This document shows, one piece after another, positions 17,801 to 30,000 of a stretch of DNA of 64,000 bases. The notes under the pieces are model-generated. The model was given only the letters and a program-made list of their open reading frames with translations, ran no database searches and was not told where the DNA came from. The position numbers were made by a program, and so were the translations under genes. The DNA is from Tubulanus polymorphus. Taxonomy: Eukaryota > Animalia > Nemertea. Where the stretch lies: the NCBI RefSeq assembly GCF_964204645.1, contig NC_134025.1, positions 30,856,299 to 30,920,298 of the forward strand, read 5' to 3'. Position 1 is the stretch's first letter. Every line of letters starts with the position of its first letter.

Positions 17801-18174
17801 TAGAAAGATTATATTGTAAGGTCCGCACCAAGATCCCGACCCGCGTTGTTAGGTTTAAGTCCGGGTACGTTTTTTTTATGTCAGCCGATCAACTCGCTTC
17901 CCTGCTCCGCCTTCCCTGTGATATTGGTGTCGAATCCCGAAACTACCATCTAAGGCAACGGCCTGATGTGTAATGTAAGTGAATATGCAGCTATAAACGC
18001 AATGAAAGAGAGTGCACTGGTTGTCTACCCCCGAATTTTTTCACGCCCGATTTTTAACTAAATTTCACCGATCGATAATCCGCCCCGGGCCACCGGAGAA
18101 CTCAGTGCGAAGTGAGAAATAAACGAGGATGCTCCGATACTGAAATATTCAAAATTCTACGCAGACCGCCTTGC

Positions 18175-20873
18175 GGGCTCGCGTGGCCATGCTGTGTCAT
18201 ATCATTGCTCAAAGGCACATCCCGCGGCGGCTTCAGCCCGCTAGTAGAGCCGAATATCGCGCGGTTGCCCGGCGTTTGTAACTGGGCAGCGCTCTGGAAT
18301 CACGGTCCAATTTTTGTTGTTCAAACCTTATTATGCTTTAAGCCTCTACAAAAAATCAATGATTGACATTCCGAATTCATGTCACACGTATGTCAGGTGT
18401 TTAAAATTCAGTTACTGTTATTTCAGAAACGTCGACGCGCACGGCGAGTTTCTAGTCAGGTGGTGTGGGGTGGTTTCATTGGATCACTTTCACTTAATCA
18501 AAACCTTTATTGAAATAGAACAAAACTGAGGACCGAATACTTCTATCAAATGTTTTTTAGTTTTTTAGTTTAATTAAATACAACCATGGACTCTAAAACA
18601 ACTCACTAAGAGTCCTTGATACAATCAACCTACGTAGTAGCTCACAACGTAAATCAAAACTTACAATTAGTAAATTATAAATAATCACAAATAAAGACGA
18701 TGAGTTAGGCGAGTTCATTTGATGACCACTTCATTTCGTTGACATCGGTCTCGTATTAGTTTCAGAGCTGTTTTCCTAAACGCATCATTCACAATACAGT
18801 ACAGGAAAAAATTAGATGCAGAATTCAACATAGGAAAAAAGGCGCTGACAATTGCACGGAAATACCACCAATTAGCTGGTAAGGAAGGTAAAGACTTGAA
18901 AGTTGATCGCATGTGATTATATACCGTCGCGATAGAGCCGGGTGTTTCAAAAAAAATAAACACCAACACAACCGATATCGCCATTTTAGTAGCTTTGATA
19001 TCAATATTTCTATTTTTATCCTCACCTCCGTGTGATGTGAAATCTTCTTTACGTTTAGCCTGAATTTGTCGCAGTTTTACTATCATAATTGTATTGAAAA
19101 TAATCATTATTGTAATCGGTATGTATTCTTTGATAATTGGTCCATAAACAGAAGTCACATTTGATATAGTTTTCGATTGTGTTCCACTTTTACTACGGAT
19201 GCGATCCGAGCATTCGCCCCTATCATAATGAACTCCATCAATGGTAGCAAAATATGGCGATTCAATCAGTCCAAAGAATACGAAGCCTACAATTATTAAG
19301 ACATTGATTCGAAATCTTGTAATAGCTCTTTTAGCAAAAAATGGAAATAGAATCGATAAAGTTCGTTGTACGACGACACCGACAGTTATCCAGTTGCGTG
19401 TTATTTGAGATGCATAACGTGGAATGCGTGCTATTAGAGAAATCCACGGCAAATCCCCGGGCCTACTAAAACCAGCGAGTCCATAATTTCCTCGTATTAG
19501 CCATGCTAGTATGATTCGCACTGGTCCTTGTATCGCGCGCCAGATCAAAAACATGATGTCCATAATAGCCAAACAGCGTAAAAGATAAAACGAGATGTAA
19601 GTTGAACTCAATACATTTAATGTAACGACAATTAAACTGTTTAACGGAACGCCGAATAACATGACGAAGATGGATGACACGTGCATAGATACTGTGTATG
19701 TGTTCTGGAATGTAAAATCCCAACATCTATCGTGTTCCGATGAGACATCGGATTGAGTCGTCAAGTTTCCGTCCATAGGAGCGGATGATGCAGCGGTCCG
19801 ATCTACTCTGCGCGCGAGAGAAATAGATTATGTCTGCTGGTGTCGACCAAACCCTAATTAGCGCTGCAGCGTTATCAGTATCAGTGTTACATTGAATTCG
19901 ATACATTACATGTCACAAATATTTCTAAATCTGAGTTTAGATTTCTAACAGCAGAAACATACTATGAAATTAAAGCTATTTTATACCACTAATTGGTGAT
20001 GCACAGGTATGCACGATATCAACCACAGTGAGTTAAACAGTTTACTGCATTCCTCAACATCAGGATAATATCAGCCATCATCATTTACAATTGAGAACTG
20101 CAGCGACCTTGGAAATTCTCTAGCAGCCAACCAACTTTGAGCAACTGGCCCCAGAACTTTGTTGTGTAGTAGGCTCGGGTTCGAGTCCCGCGAGAGCTAA
20201 GCTCAGGATAATTGGTTGCATAGTTTTAGGGTTAATGGTCAGCTAGGGTTAAGATTGTGGCCAAACCAGCGTAAGGTTAGGCTTGAAGTTATCTGCTATT
20301 GGAATCAGTTTTCAGCCAGCGATACCCGGGCAAATTCAACCTGTTTTCACTAGGACTCTTTACGACTCGCGGGCAATCCTTCATCCTAAATAATGAATTT
20401 GAGTTATTTTTTTTATAAGAAAAAGACTTTAATTTCTCATGTATTTTGTTAGCGGCATCAATGATTATTAAAAAGGTCATCAATGTAGAATATTACATAA
20501 ATATACACAATCAAAACATAAAAACAAACATTTTCTGCATGGTCTCAAAAATAGCGATGGATGACTTATCCAAGTGAGGATTTATATTTAGAAAATTGAA
20601 TTGTGCAGTGGAACCTCGTTACAAGGAACGTCATCGGACCAGAAATTATGTTCGTTATAACCGATAGTTCGCTATATTCAGTATGAAATTGTCTTACTTC
20701 GGGACAAAATTCGGCGAAATTTGTTATCATCCGATGATGAATCGTTATACCCGAGTTCGTTATACAGGGGTCGACCGACGTTCGTTGTGACCTATCCGGT
20801 GACGAATGAACCGAGTTATTTTGCAGAATGAATCTGATGAACTTTGAGGTTTTCTCTGCGATGAAAGTGTAAA
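18175..20873. repeat. Segmental tandem duplication unit 2 (contains GPCR copy 2)
   Basis: Near-identical to 15128-17800. Confidence 0.95.
18715..19776 (-). CDS. Intronless class A GPCR, copy 2
   Basis: 353-aa ORF differing from copy 1 at two visible residues (DKC/DRC near the N-terminus, VNK/VIK at the C-terminus). Confidence 0.9.
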   Translation of the reverse strand: MDGNLTTQSDVSSEHDRCWDFTFQNTYTVSMHVSSIFVMLFGVPLNSLIVVTLNVLSSTYISFYLLRCLAIMDIMFLIWRAIQGPVRIILAWLIRGNYGLAGFSRPGDLPWISLIARIPRYASQITRNWITVGVVVQRTLSILFPFFAKRAITRFRINVLIIVGFVFFGLIESPYFATIDGVHYDRGECSDRIRSKSGTQSKTISNVTSVYGPIIKEYIPITIMIIFNTIMIVKLRQIQAKRKEDFTSHGGEDKNRNIDIKATKMAISVVLVFIFFETPGSIATVYNHMRSTFKSLPSLPANWWYFRAIVSAFFPMLNSASNFFLYCIVNDAFRKTALKLIRDRCQRNEVVIK

Positions 20874-21535
20874 CAGGTAATGCGTTTTATCTGTTTATAT
20901 AATGAGACAATACTGTTTCCTTATCTAAGCTGTAAATGTCGTTTCAAAGTCTGCAGTTCACGCAAGACACAGTTATAACTATATAAACGATACTAACAAA
21001 TCGATATAGGTTTATTCCGGTAACAGTAGACTGAAAACACGGTGAGCATCATTTCTTACAATTCACGATATTCAAATAATTTGATGTTAATCATGATTAC
21101 TTAAATATTCATCTAGAGTGATTAGAGAACACAGTCAGCAATCATTTGCCACTGTATGTATAACTTACTGAAGCCAGGCAGTGAAAATGTTATCACTTAG
21201 CAAAATGGTTAAATCATGATTACTTAAACATTCATCTTTCTCAATTAATTCAAATCCGCAACGGAAAGCGAAAAGTATTCTGTTTATTGAGATAAAGATG
21301 TGTTTAATCGTCGCACTTCTTCCACATCGCAACCAAAGACCCATTTCCACAGTGCCTCAGTTAGTTTGGGTCTTAGGGTTCAAAATTGTTTGATTTCCAA
21401 TATTTTGCCTAATAGAGCCAAATCTTAACCGATAGACCTGTTAACCTGGTCGAGGACTGTGGAACAGGGTCCATGTCTGTGAAATAAGATCGAGTAGTTG
21501 TTGTATTACAATGATATGTTTTTTTTTCTGTAGAG

Positions 21536-23187
21536 ATGAAGTTTCTAAGTTGTATTTTCTTCGTCGCATTATGCGCATGCGTACAAGGTCAGATTCCTGC
21601 ATTCGGCAAATGTCCCTCGCCAAGTGTTAAACAAGGATTTAAAGCTGCCAAGGTTAGAAACAAATTTTAATTTTGTACATTCGAATTGAAACTAGTATTA
21701 AAAGGTCACCTTGAACGAATCGTAACATCTAACCAGGATGGCGTGCATGAATCGGACATTAGGCAAATCGCGTCTCTTGAACTCAGATTCAAAATTTCAA
21801 GATTTTTTATTCATGTTTCGTACAATTTGAGAAATTCAGGATAGATTTTAATTGAATCTCAGAAGATATTCGGTGTCGTTGTCCGAATGCACACTAGCGA
21901 ACCTGGTGGATCCTCACTTGCCACAAGTGGAAACCTCGATTGCCACAGCCTCATCTGATCTTGCTTGTTTGACAGTATGTTGGTACATGGTATGAATTCC
22001 AAAGATATTTCGTCGCTTTCGAATGGAACACGAAGTGCGGTAAAGCGCGATACACTCTGAAATCTGACGGCAAAATCAAAGTAGAAAACAGCGGCATCAA
22101 CTCAAGGTAGGGTTTATCTGAACCTTATTCCAACTATTCATTCATAACTGGATAAAAAGGTTTAAAAAAACCTTCAACTCGAATGTACTATTCAATACGT
22201 TTTGATTACTTATTCATTTGAACTGCGCCTCAGGATGCTTGGAATCGGGATACATTACATAGATCTCAAGTCAAAAGTTATATAATTTATAAAATAGCGA
22301 ATTTTACAGAATTGTCTGCTTTATTCCATTGAGCTTCAGGATTTTGTCATCTATTTTTGTTTTTTTCTGTATACAGAACCGGTGCATCATCGCATGTTGT
22401 CGGTGAAGCATCTGCCCCCGATCCGCGAGTTCCCGCTAAACTGGAAGTTAGATTCCCATCAGGTACAGTATCTGTTTCTTCGTCAAAATGTTTACATATT
22501 CTTAAAATCATCGTTTGCTTTTGTTAACCTATAGTTTACACGCATGTACATTGTGATTTTAACAATAGGTGGCGTATTTGCAAAAGGACCGTACTGGGTT
22601 CTGGATACAGATTATGTGACGTATTCGGTTGTTTATTCTTGTGTTCAGACTCCTCTAAGTCTCGCGCACGCAGGTAACAGTCAAACCGGTCATTTCCTTC
22701 TCAATCCCGTATAGACAAGAATTTCTTTCACAGGAAATTAAGCATGTTGAAAATATTCGAAATAAGATCTTAACGTTACGAAAAATCAATGCTAATGCGA
22801 GCCTCAACCCTAGCTAGGATTCGAACCCGGGACCTCCTCGTGTAAGAATCCACCGAAGACTTAGACTGGCCGCCTGTCCAAGTCTACCGAAGACTTTGGT
22901 GACTCGGATTGCTATTTCAACTCAGATTTATGAGAGAATCATGGAACTGTAAACTAATTGAAAATTAACTAGTTTTTGGTCTTTGAGTTTACTTACTAAT
23001 TCAGTTCTAGTGTCGAATACTGATCGCCACTGCTGTTGTTTCTGTTGTAGATATAATCTGGATACTAAGTCGTAGACGTGCTGGGCTTCACGATGGTGTA
23101 AAACATCAGATTTATAACATGTTGAGAAACCGAGGATTAAGAGTGAACTATCTGAAAGTACAAAACCAAAGCAACTGCCCCAACTAA
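21536..23187 (+). CDS. Apolipoprotein D-like lipocalin, 5 coding exons
   Basis: Signal peptide MKFLSCIFFVALCACVQG, then FGKCPSPSVKQGF..|YVGTWYE (SCR1 GxW), PAKLEVRF, PYWVLDTDYVTYSVVYSC (SCR2), IIWILSR (SCR3), ending QSNCPN*. Exon phases are consistent. An acceptor just before the ATG implies a 5' non-coding exon. Confidence 0.92.
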
Positions 23188-23436
23188 CCATAGGAGCCGA
23201 CCTTGTTTTCTATCATCGGAGCAGACCTTTAATCATCGGAGCCGACCCCCGTCATTTAAAACACCCACCACAATAGAACGAATGGTTGATAGAATAGAAT
23301 TTGAAATTAAATAGAAATACACAGGATTGTTTAAATGCTTGTCCCATTTATTTACAGAAATCTAAAATATTTACAATTGAACATTTACAGAATTCGATAT
23401 ATATTTCCATTTGTGTTTTTCAGCCGTCGTTCATTT

Positions 23437-26400
23437 TTAGATTGTGTCGTATAAACCTACAATAAAACAATATCCATGTAAACTGTTATGATTAATTTGT
23501 TTTCGTCAAAACCTTTTCCCGTAAAACATTATTCTATATCCTGGAATATTTTTTGGTGATATTTTTTCCTGTTTGAAATGAAAATTGTTAAAAAGTTATA
23601 GATTGATTTTAGTAAAAGCCCGTATTACACTGACCGGTATCTTCGCCCGTGTAAATGTGATCAGATGTCGGAGTTTCAGCATTGATGACGTATTGATTGT
23701 ACGGATCTTGCACTTCCACTCTCTGTCGGCCTGGAGATTCTCTGTAAATATATAAAAAAAGATTCATTCACGTGAATATAGAAAAAAAGATTACAGTTAC
23801 TCAGAATCAGAACAATAGACCGGGTTCGAGCCTGGGACAGCCTGTTAACCCTCTATCCAGCATCTGGACCACTTGGAAACAGTATCAATAGACCGGGTTC
23901 GAGCCTGGGACACCCTGTTAACTCTCTATCCAGCATCTGGACCACTCGGAAACAGTATCAATAGACCGGGTTCGAGCCTGGGACACCCTGTTAACTCTCT
24001 ATCCAGCATCTGGACCACTCGGAAACAGTATCAATAGACCGGGTTCGAGCCTGGGACAGCCTGTTAACCCTCTATCCAGCATCTGGACCACTCGGAAACA
24101 GTATCAATAGACCGGGTTCGAGCCTGGGACAGCCTGTTAACCCTCTATCCAGCATCTGGACCACTCGGAAACAGTATCAATAGACCGGGTTCGAGCCTGG
24201 GACACCCTGTTAACCCTCTATCCAGCATCTGGACCACTCGGAAACAGTATCAATAGACCGGGTTCGAGCCTGGGACAGCCTGTTAACCCTCTATCCAGCA
24301 TCTGGACCACTCGGAAACAGTATCAATAGACCGGGTTCGAGCCTGGGACACCCTGTTAACCCTCTAACCAGCATCTGGACCACTCGGAAACAGTATCAAT
24401 AGACCGGGCTCGATCCTGGGAAATTCGACAGTGGGTAAACAGGACCACTGAGATGGAAACGTGGGTAGGGTGTGATGGGCTGTGGTACGGGCGAGTGCAG
24501 GCTCCTGGGTGTGAGCTGGGTGCGGGCTCGATGCGGGCCGGGTACTGGCTATGTGCAGGCTGGGTTCCTACCTGAGTAATCTAAGAAGTTGTTTTTTTCT
24601 CGCCCTGCCTTGAACGATGAAGACACAGAGCGCTATAGTGAGTAACAGGGCTAATCCACCGATTACACTCATCAACACGATCATTGATCTATTCTCAAGA
24701 AAAGCTACAGAAAATAGAAGAATTGTAAATGAGCCAATTGATGATAAACATGAACAGTTTAGGTTTACATACTAGAATTTACGAGCTCTCGCTACTAGCA
24801 GCTTCATCAGGTGGATACAATTTAATGGAGAAACTGATCTGAATTCATATTTCATTTTGATGTTTATAATGTTTTAACGACCCTACAGTATAAACCTACA
24901 GTGGTGTTCCTCAGTTGGTGGCGCTGCAACTTCCAAAATATCTTCAGTTTGCCCTAAAATCCATTAAGTGGGACAACGTTAATTTTCTAATATTTGGTAA
25001 TGATATCAAATACAGGTAAAGCAGTTGTTGGAATGATTGTTTTGTCTATACAAATATGTGAATCAAGTGTAAATAACTAGGATTATTTGGTAATACAATA
25101 GAATAGGATCATGAATTAGGTAATAAGACAGGATATAGAACTTATGGCGCCTTGTAAATAGAAAAGGCAAAGCGCTGTCGAGCAGTTGATGACTCGAGCA
25201 TGTCAGAAATGTCTGGAGCTGTCCTTTGAATGTTAGAGGGTTGGGTGTAAATGTCTCGGATACACGTCCATCAAATACAACCTATTGAAACATTGCGACC
25301 TATGCAATCCAGTCACTGATGACATGTTACCTTTTGAAACTGTAATAACAGTTCCGGTTTTTATCTTTCCAAGATGACAAATCCAAACTCCAGATGCAGT
25401 TTCTGTGGCGTTAGTGATCAAATAACTGATTTCTCCATTAATACAATCGCAATATTCCTAAAAACAGGATCGAATACATAGAAATACATAAAAGAAATAG
25501 ATATACACATAAATACATAGAAATACATAGGAATGAATATGAGTACATAGAATTAAAGACTTAGGAAAGACTTAAGAATACATCAACACGGAAGAAATAG
25601 ATGTACACAGAAATACATGGATAGAGATAGAGGAATACATTTAACAATAGTAACCGCAGAGTGGTTTGTTAAACAGATCGCGGAATGGTTTGTTAAACAG
25701 ACCGCGGAATGGTTTGTTAAACAGACCGCGGAATGGTTTGTTAAACAGACCGCGGAATGGTTTGTTAAACAGACTGCGGAATGGTTTGTTAAACAGATCG
25801 CGGAATGGTTTGTTAAACAGACCGCGGAATGGTTTGTTAAACAGACCGCGGAATGGATGGTTAAACAGACCGCGGAATGGATGGTTAAACAGACCGCGGA
25901 ATGGATGGTTAAACAGACCGCGGAATGGATGGTTAAACAGACCGCGGAATGGATGGTTAAACCTACCCTGGAAACCATCACTCCCGGAATCGAGTACGGG
26001 ACCATACATCCTTGAGATACAATCCTCGCATTTTGATGCGGATTCTTATGTTCGAGAATTACTTGATGTAACAATGATGAATTATGGGTTCGACAGATGA
26101 TTGAAAATGATGATCCGACAGTAACAACTGAACTGCTAGAATGAATCTCTAGTTTAACACAATCATCTACAAAATAGATATACAACACATCAATCAGAAC
26201 CCAGTTCCATAGTTGTGTGGGTTTAATTTAACCCCAGTTCCACAATGTGGGTTTAATTTGATTCTTAATACAGTTCCACAGTTGTGTAGGCTTAATTTGA
26301 CTCTGAATCCATGTCCACAGTTGTGTGGGTTTGATTTGACTCAGAACCCAGTTCCACAGTCGTGTTGGTTTAATTTCACCCCCAGTCTCACAGTGTGGGT

Positions 26401-26720
26401 TTACTTTGACTTTGGATCCAGGTCCACAGTTCACAGAAAGAAATAGGATTAATTCATTTCATGTTTCAACCCGAAAGTCAGATTCTAACCTGAGTGTAAA
26501 ACTGGATTCAGAACCGTGCCTAGAATTGTTGAAACAGGTCTGGGACTGTGGAAGTGTATCCATAACTCAGGAACTCGGTGATTGACTGTGGAACTGGATT
26601 CAGAACTGTGGAATTTGATCTCAGGAAATGCAGAGTAAAACGGAGATGAAACTTACACATTTTTAAACGTGATAAAATCCAAAATATCAATAGCATAAAA
26701 TTCCTCCGTTTAGCCTTCAT
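23437..26720 (-). CDS. Single-Ig-domain type I membrane protein with Tyr-containing tail (~8 exons)
   Basis: Leader exon 26657-26720; Ig-like VTVGSSFSIIC..|..LITNATETASGVWIC (D/A-S-G-x-W-x-C); TM exon MIVLMSVIGGLALLLTIALCVFIV-QGRARKK (~24572-24705); tail ..DPYNQYV..DHIYTGEDT|GLYDTI*. The frame of one stalk exon (~24780-24834) is uncertain. Confidence 0.7.
23813..24420. repeat. 73-bp tandem repeat, ~8.3 copies, intronic
   Basis: CAATAGAC recurs at 23813, 23886, 23959 ... 24397; units are nearly identical. Confidence 0.97.
25653..25962. repeat. 24-bp minisatellite (GAATGGTTTGTTAAACAGACCGCG), ~13 copies
   Basis: Tandem array abutting the donor site of the first Ig exon; two sequence variants (TTTG/ATGG) occur in blocks. 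Confidence 0.95.
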
Positions 26721-27091
26721 TCTCGCATAGCGCGCGTAGGTATGAAACACTAAGTAAGGCAAACAGGGAAGTTAAATTTCCATCCAGGGTCAAATTAAAG
26801 CAGCTTTTGTTGAAGACACATTTATTTCATAGTTGCATGGAAACCAGGATGATATTCGACAAAATACTTTACAAAATTGGTCTCATTTTAAATTCGGAGA
26901 AATGGGTTATTATTACAGAGCAGGAATTTGTAAACACAAACAGGAAGATATTCAATAACAACCACAAAATAAAATCACTATAGAATATATACACAATTAA
27001 CAACGCAATTTGAAATAACGGGAATAATATAAACACAAATATAAGCAAAAACAAAATATTCACTCTTATCGTTATAACGTATAATTATCAG

Positions 27092-30000
27092 TTATAATTG
27101 ACGTTTAGGTTTAGCGCGAATAACATTAATACACTGATCAGGCTTGAAATCTTGAACTGGAAACATAGTTTCTAATGTATCAGCGTTACAGTCGAGTGCC
27201 GCGGTCGATTTGTCCAATAAACAATTCAGAAACAGTCTCCATTTCCTATAATACATTTATCAGATAAATTGATATTAATTTCTATTTTACTGTAAACATC
27301 AGAATTATTGGTGATGAATTAAACTTACTCGCAATCTGGATAACTGTTTACTGTTGATAGTGATTTACTACAATGTTTATTCGCATCTTCTTTAACTCGA
27401 TCCATTTGACAGTTTAGCTTAGAAATACAGTTTGTAGCAATGCTGCTGATCTGTTGGAGTGAGGACAATTTGGGAGGTCTGTTACCGGAGTCTGGTTTAG
27501 GAGGTCTGTTACCGGAGTCTGGTTTAGGAGGTCTGTTACCGGAGTCTGGTTTGGGAGGTCTGTTACCGGAGTCTGGTTTGGGAGGTCTGTTACCGGAGTC
27601 TGGTTTAGGAGGTCTGTTACCGGAGTCTGGTTTGGGAGGTCTGTTACCGGAGTCTGGTTTAGGAGGTCTGTTACCGGAGTCTGGTTTGGGAGGTCTGTTA
27701 CCGGAGTCTGGTTTGGGAGGTCTGTTACCGGAGTCTGGTTTGGGAGGTCTGTTACCGGAGTCTGGTTTGGGAGGTCTGTTACCGGAGTCTGGTTTGGGAG
27801 GTCTGTTACCGGAGTCTGGTTTAGGAGGTCTGTTACCGGAGTCTGGTTTGGGAGGTCTGTTACCGGAGTCTGGTTTAGGAGGTCTGTTACCGGAGTCTGG
27901 TTTGGGAGGTCTGTTACCGGAGTCTGGTTTGGGAGGTCTGTTACCGGAGTCTGGTTTGGGAGGTCTGTTACCGGAGTCTGGTTTGGGAGGTCTGTTACCG
28001 GAGTCTGGTTTAGGAGGTCTGTTACCGGAGTCTGGTTTGGGAGGTCTGTTACCGGAGTCTGGTTTAGGAGGTCTGTTACCGGAGTCTGGTTTGGGAGGTC
28101 TGTTACCGGAGTCTGGTTTAGGAGGTCTGTTACCGGAGTCTGGTTTGGGAGGTCTGTTACCGGAGTCTGGTTTGGGAGGTCTGTTACCGGAGTCTGGTTT
28201 AGGAGGTCTGTTACCGGAGTCTGGTTTGGGAGGTCTGTTACCGGAGTCTGGTTTAGGAGGTCTGTTACCGGAGTCTGGTTTGGGAGGTCTGTTACCGGAG
28301 TCTGGTTTGGGAGGTCTGTTACCGGAGTCTGGTTTGGGAGGTCTGTTACCGGAGTCTGGTTTGGGAGGTCTGTTACCGGAGTCTGGTTTAGGAGGTCTGT
28401 TACCGGAGTCTGGTTTGGGAGGTCTGTTACCGGAGTCTGGTTTAGGAGGTCTGTTACCGGAGTCTGGTTTGGGAGGTCTGTTACCGGAGTCTAGTTTGGG
28501 AGGTCTGTTACCGGAGTCGGGTTTGGGAGGTCTGTTACCGGAGTCTGGTTTGGGAGGTCTGTTACCGGAGTCTGGTTTGGGAGGTCTGTTACCGGAGTCT
28601 GGTTTGGGAGGTCTGTTACCGGAGTCTGGTTTGGGAGGTCTGTTACCGGAGTCTGGTTTGGGAGGTCTGTTACCGGAGTCTGGTTTGGGAGTTCTGTTAC
28701 CGGAGTCTGGTTTGGGAGTTCTGTTACCGGAGTCTGGTTTGGGAGTTCTGTTACCCGAGTCTGGTTTAGGAGGTCTGTTACCCGAGTCTGGTTTGGGAGG
28801 TCTGTTACCGGAGTCTGGTTTAGGAGGTCTGTTACCGGAGTCTGGTTTAGGAGGTCTGTTACCGGAGTCTGGTTTGGGAGGTCTGTTACCGGAGTCTGGT
28901 TTAGGAGGTCTGTTACCGGAGTCTGGTTTAGGAGGTCTGTTACCGGAGTCTGGTTTGGGAGGTCTGTTACCCGAGTCTGGTTTGGGAGGTCTGTTACCGG
29001 AGTCTGGTTTAGGAGGTCTGTTACCGGAGTCTGGTTTGAGAGGTCTGTTACCGGAATCTGGTTTGGGAGGTCTGTTACCGGAGTCTGGTTTGGGAGGTCT
29101 GTTACCGGAGTCTGTTTTGGCAGGTCTATTTGGTCTGGATCCGGCAGGTTTATTTTGGAATATTTTTCGAAGAAAAGCTCGATCAAATAGACTGTAAAAA
29201 CCATTAGTTTGCACCATTGCAGCAACAGGACAGCGAGATTCCTGAGTCAAACATTTTATAAATGATTCTGAAATACTAAAAAAACATATGTGAAAATATC
29301 ATCAGAAATGTATTATAAATTGTGTGGTAAAACTGATTGTTATTTCAATGTAATGAATACCTGCATTGATTAGTTTGATCTACTGATGTATTATTCAATA
29401 GTTTATGGATGATTTGTTTGTTGAAATATGTAGAACAAGCACCGACTGTAGCTGGACGGATTTTAGAATTACATTTGAGTGTGTCTGAATTTTCAGGAGA
29501 TACGATAGGATCAACATTCTTCTTATTATCGTTATTATTCTTTTTACCGGTAGAAAAATGTTGTTGACCTGAAAAACAGTTTGTGATTTCTCAAAATCGT
29601 GAATTAGAAAAAAAAAGATTTTTACCGGTACAGAACTATATACAGAATCGACTTTAAAACTTACCTTTGGATTTAACGGAACCTTTAGCAATTCTAAAGC
29701 GCCCGAACCCGCTGTTTGTTCCGGCAACTTTCTCTAATGTTTCACGGCAATCGTTGCCGATATCGGTTGGAGCTTTTCCCGCTTTCATAATACTGATATA
29801 ATCCACAATTACGCTACCATTACTACAGATATATATATCGAGAGAAATAGAGACATCATTATTAGAGAATTTATTTTGAAACGTCTATAGATAACTAACT
29901 TCACGACCAATCACTAATTATAAATCACCGAGACAGCAATTGTTACTTCATAACACTCAGGAAATGAAGGAAAAGCAATTTTCGATTACTTCCTTTTACT

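Noticed and set aside
21908-21940. GGATCCTCACTTGCCACA.GTGGAA motif shared with ~32687-32715
   Set aside because: Only ~27 bp in two unrelated contexts; probably a dispersed-repeat fragment, with no support for a shared regulatory role.
23813-24420. CRISPR array or tRNA gene cluster
   Set aside because: No unique spacers, eukaryotic intronic context, and no acceptor or anticodon stems could be built.
25617-26100. ORFs (EWFVKQTA)n, (NRPRNGLL)n and (FNHPFRGL)n
   Set aside because: Translations of an intronic 24-bp minisatellite. The FRGL repeats lack dibasic cleavage sites and a signal peptide, so they are not a neuropeptide precursor.
27440-29197. 585-aa + strand ORF (GLGGLLPES)n
   Set aside because: Antisense shadow of the coding repeat. 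It shares wobble positions with the minus frame, and splice sites and paralog homology support only the minus strand.
28491-29225. Alternative-frame mucin-like ORF (TDLPNQTPV)n
   Set aside because: Interrupted by a stop within the array, and unit variants are non-synonymous in this frame.
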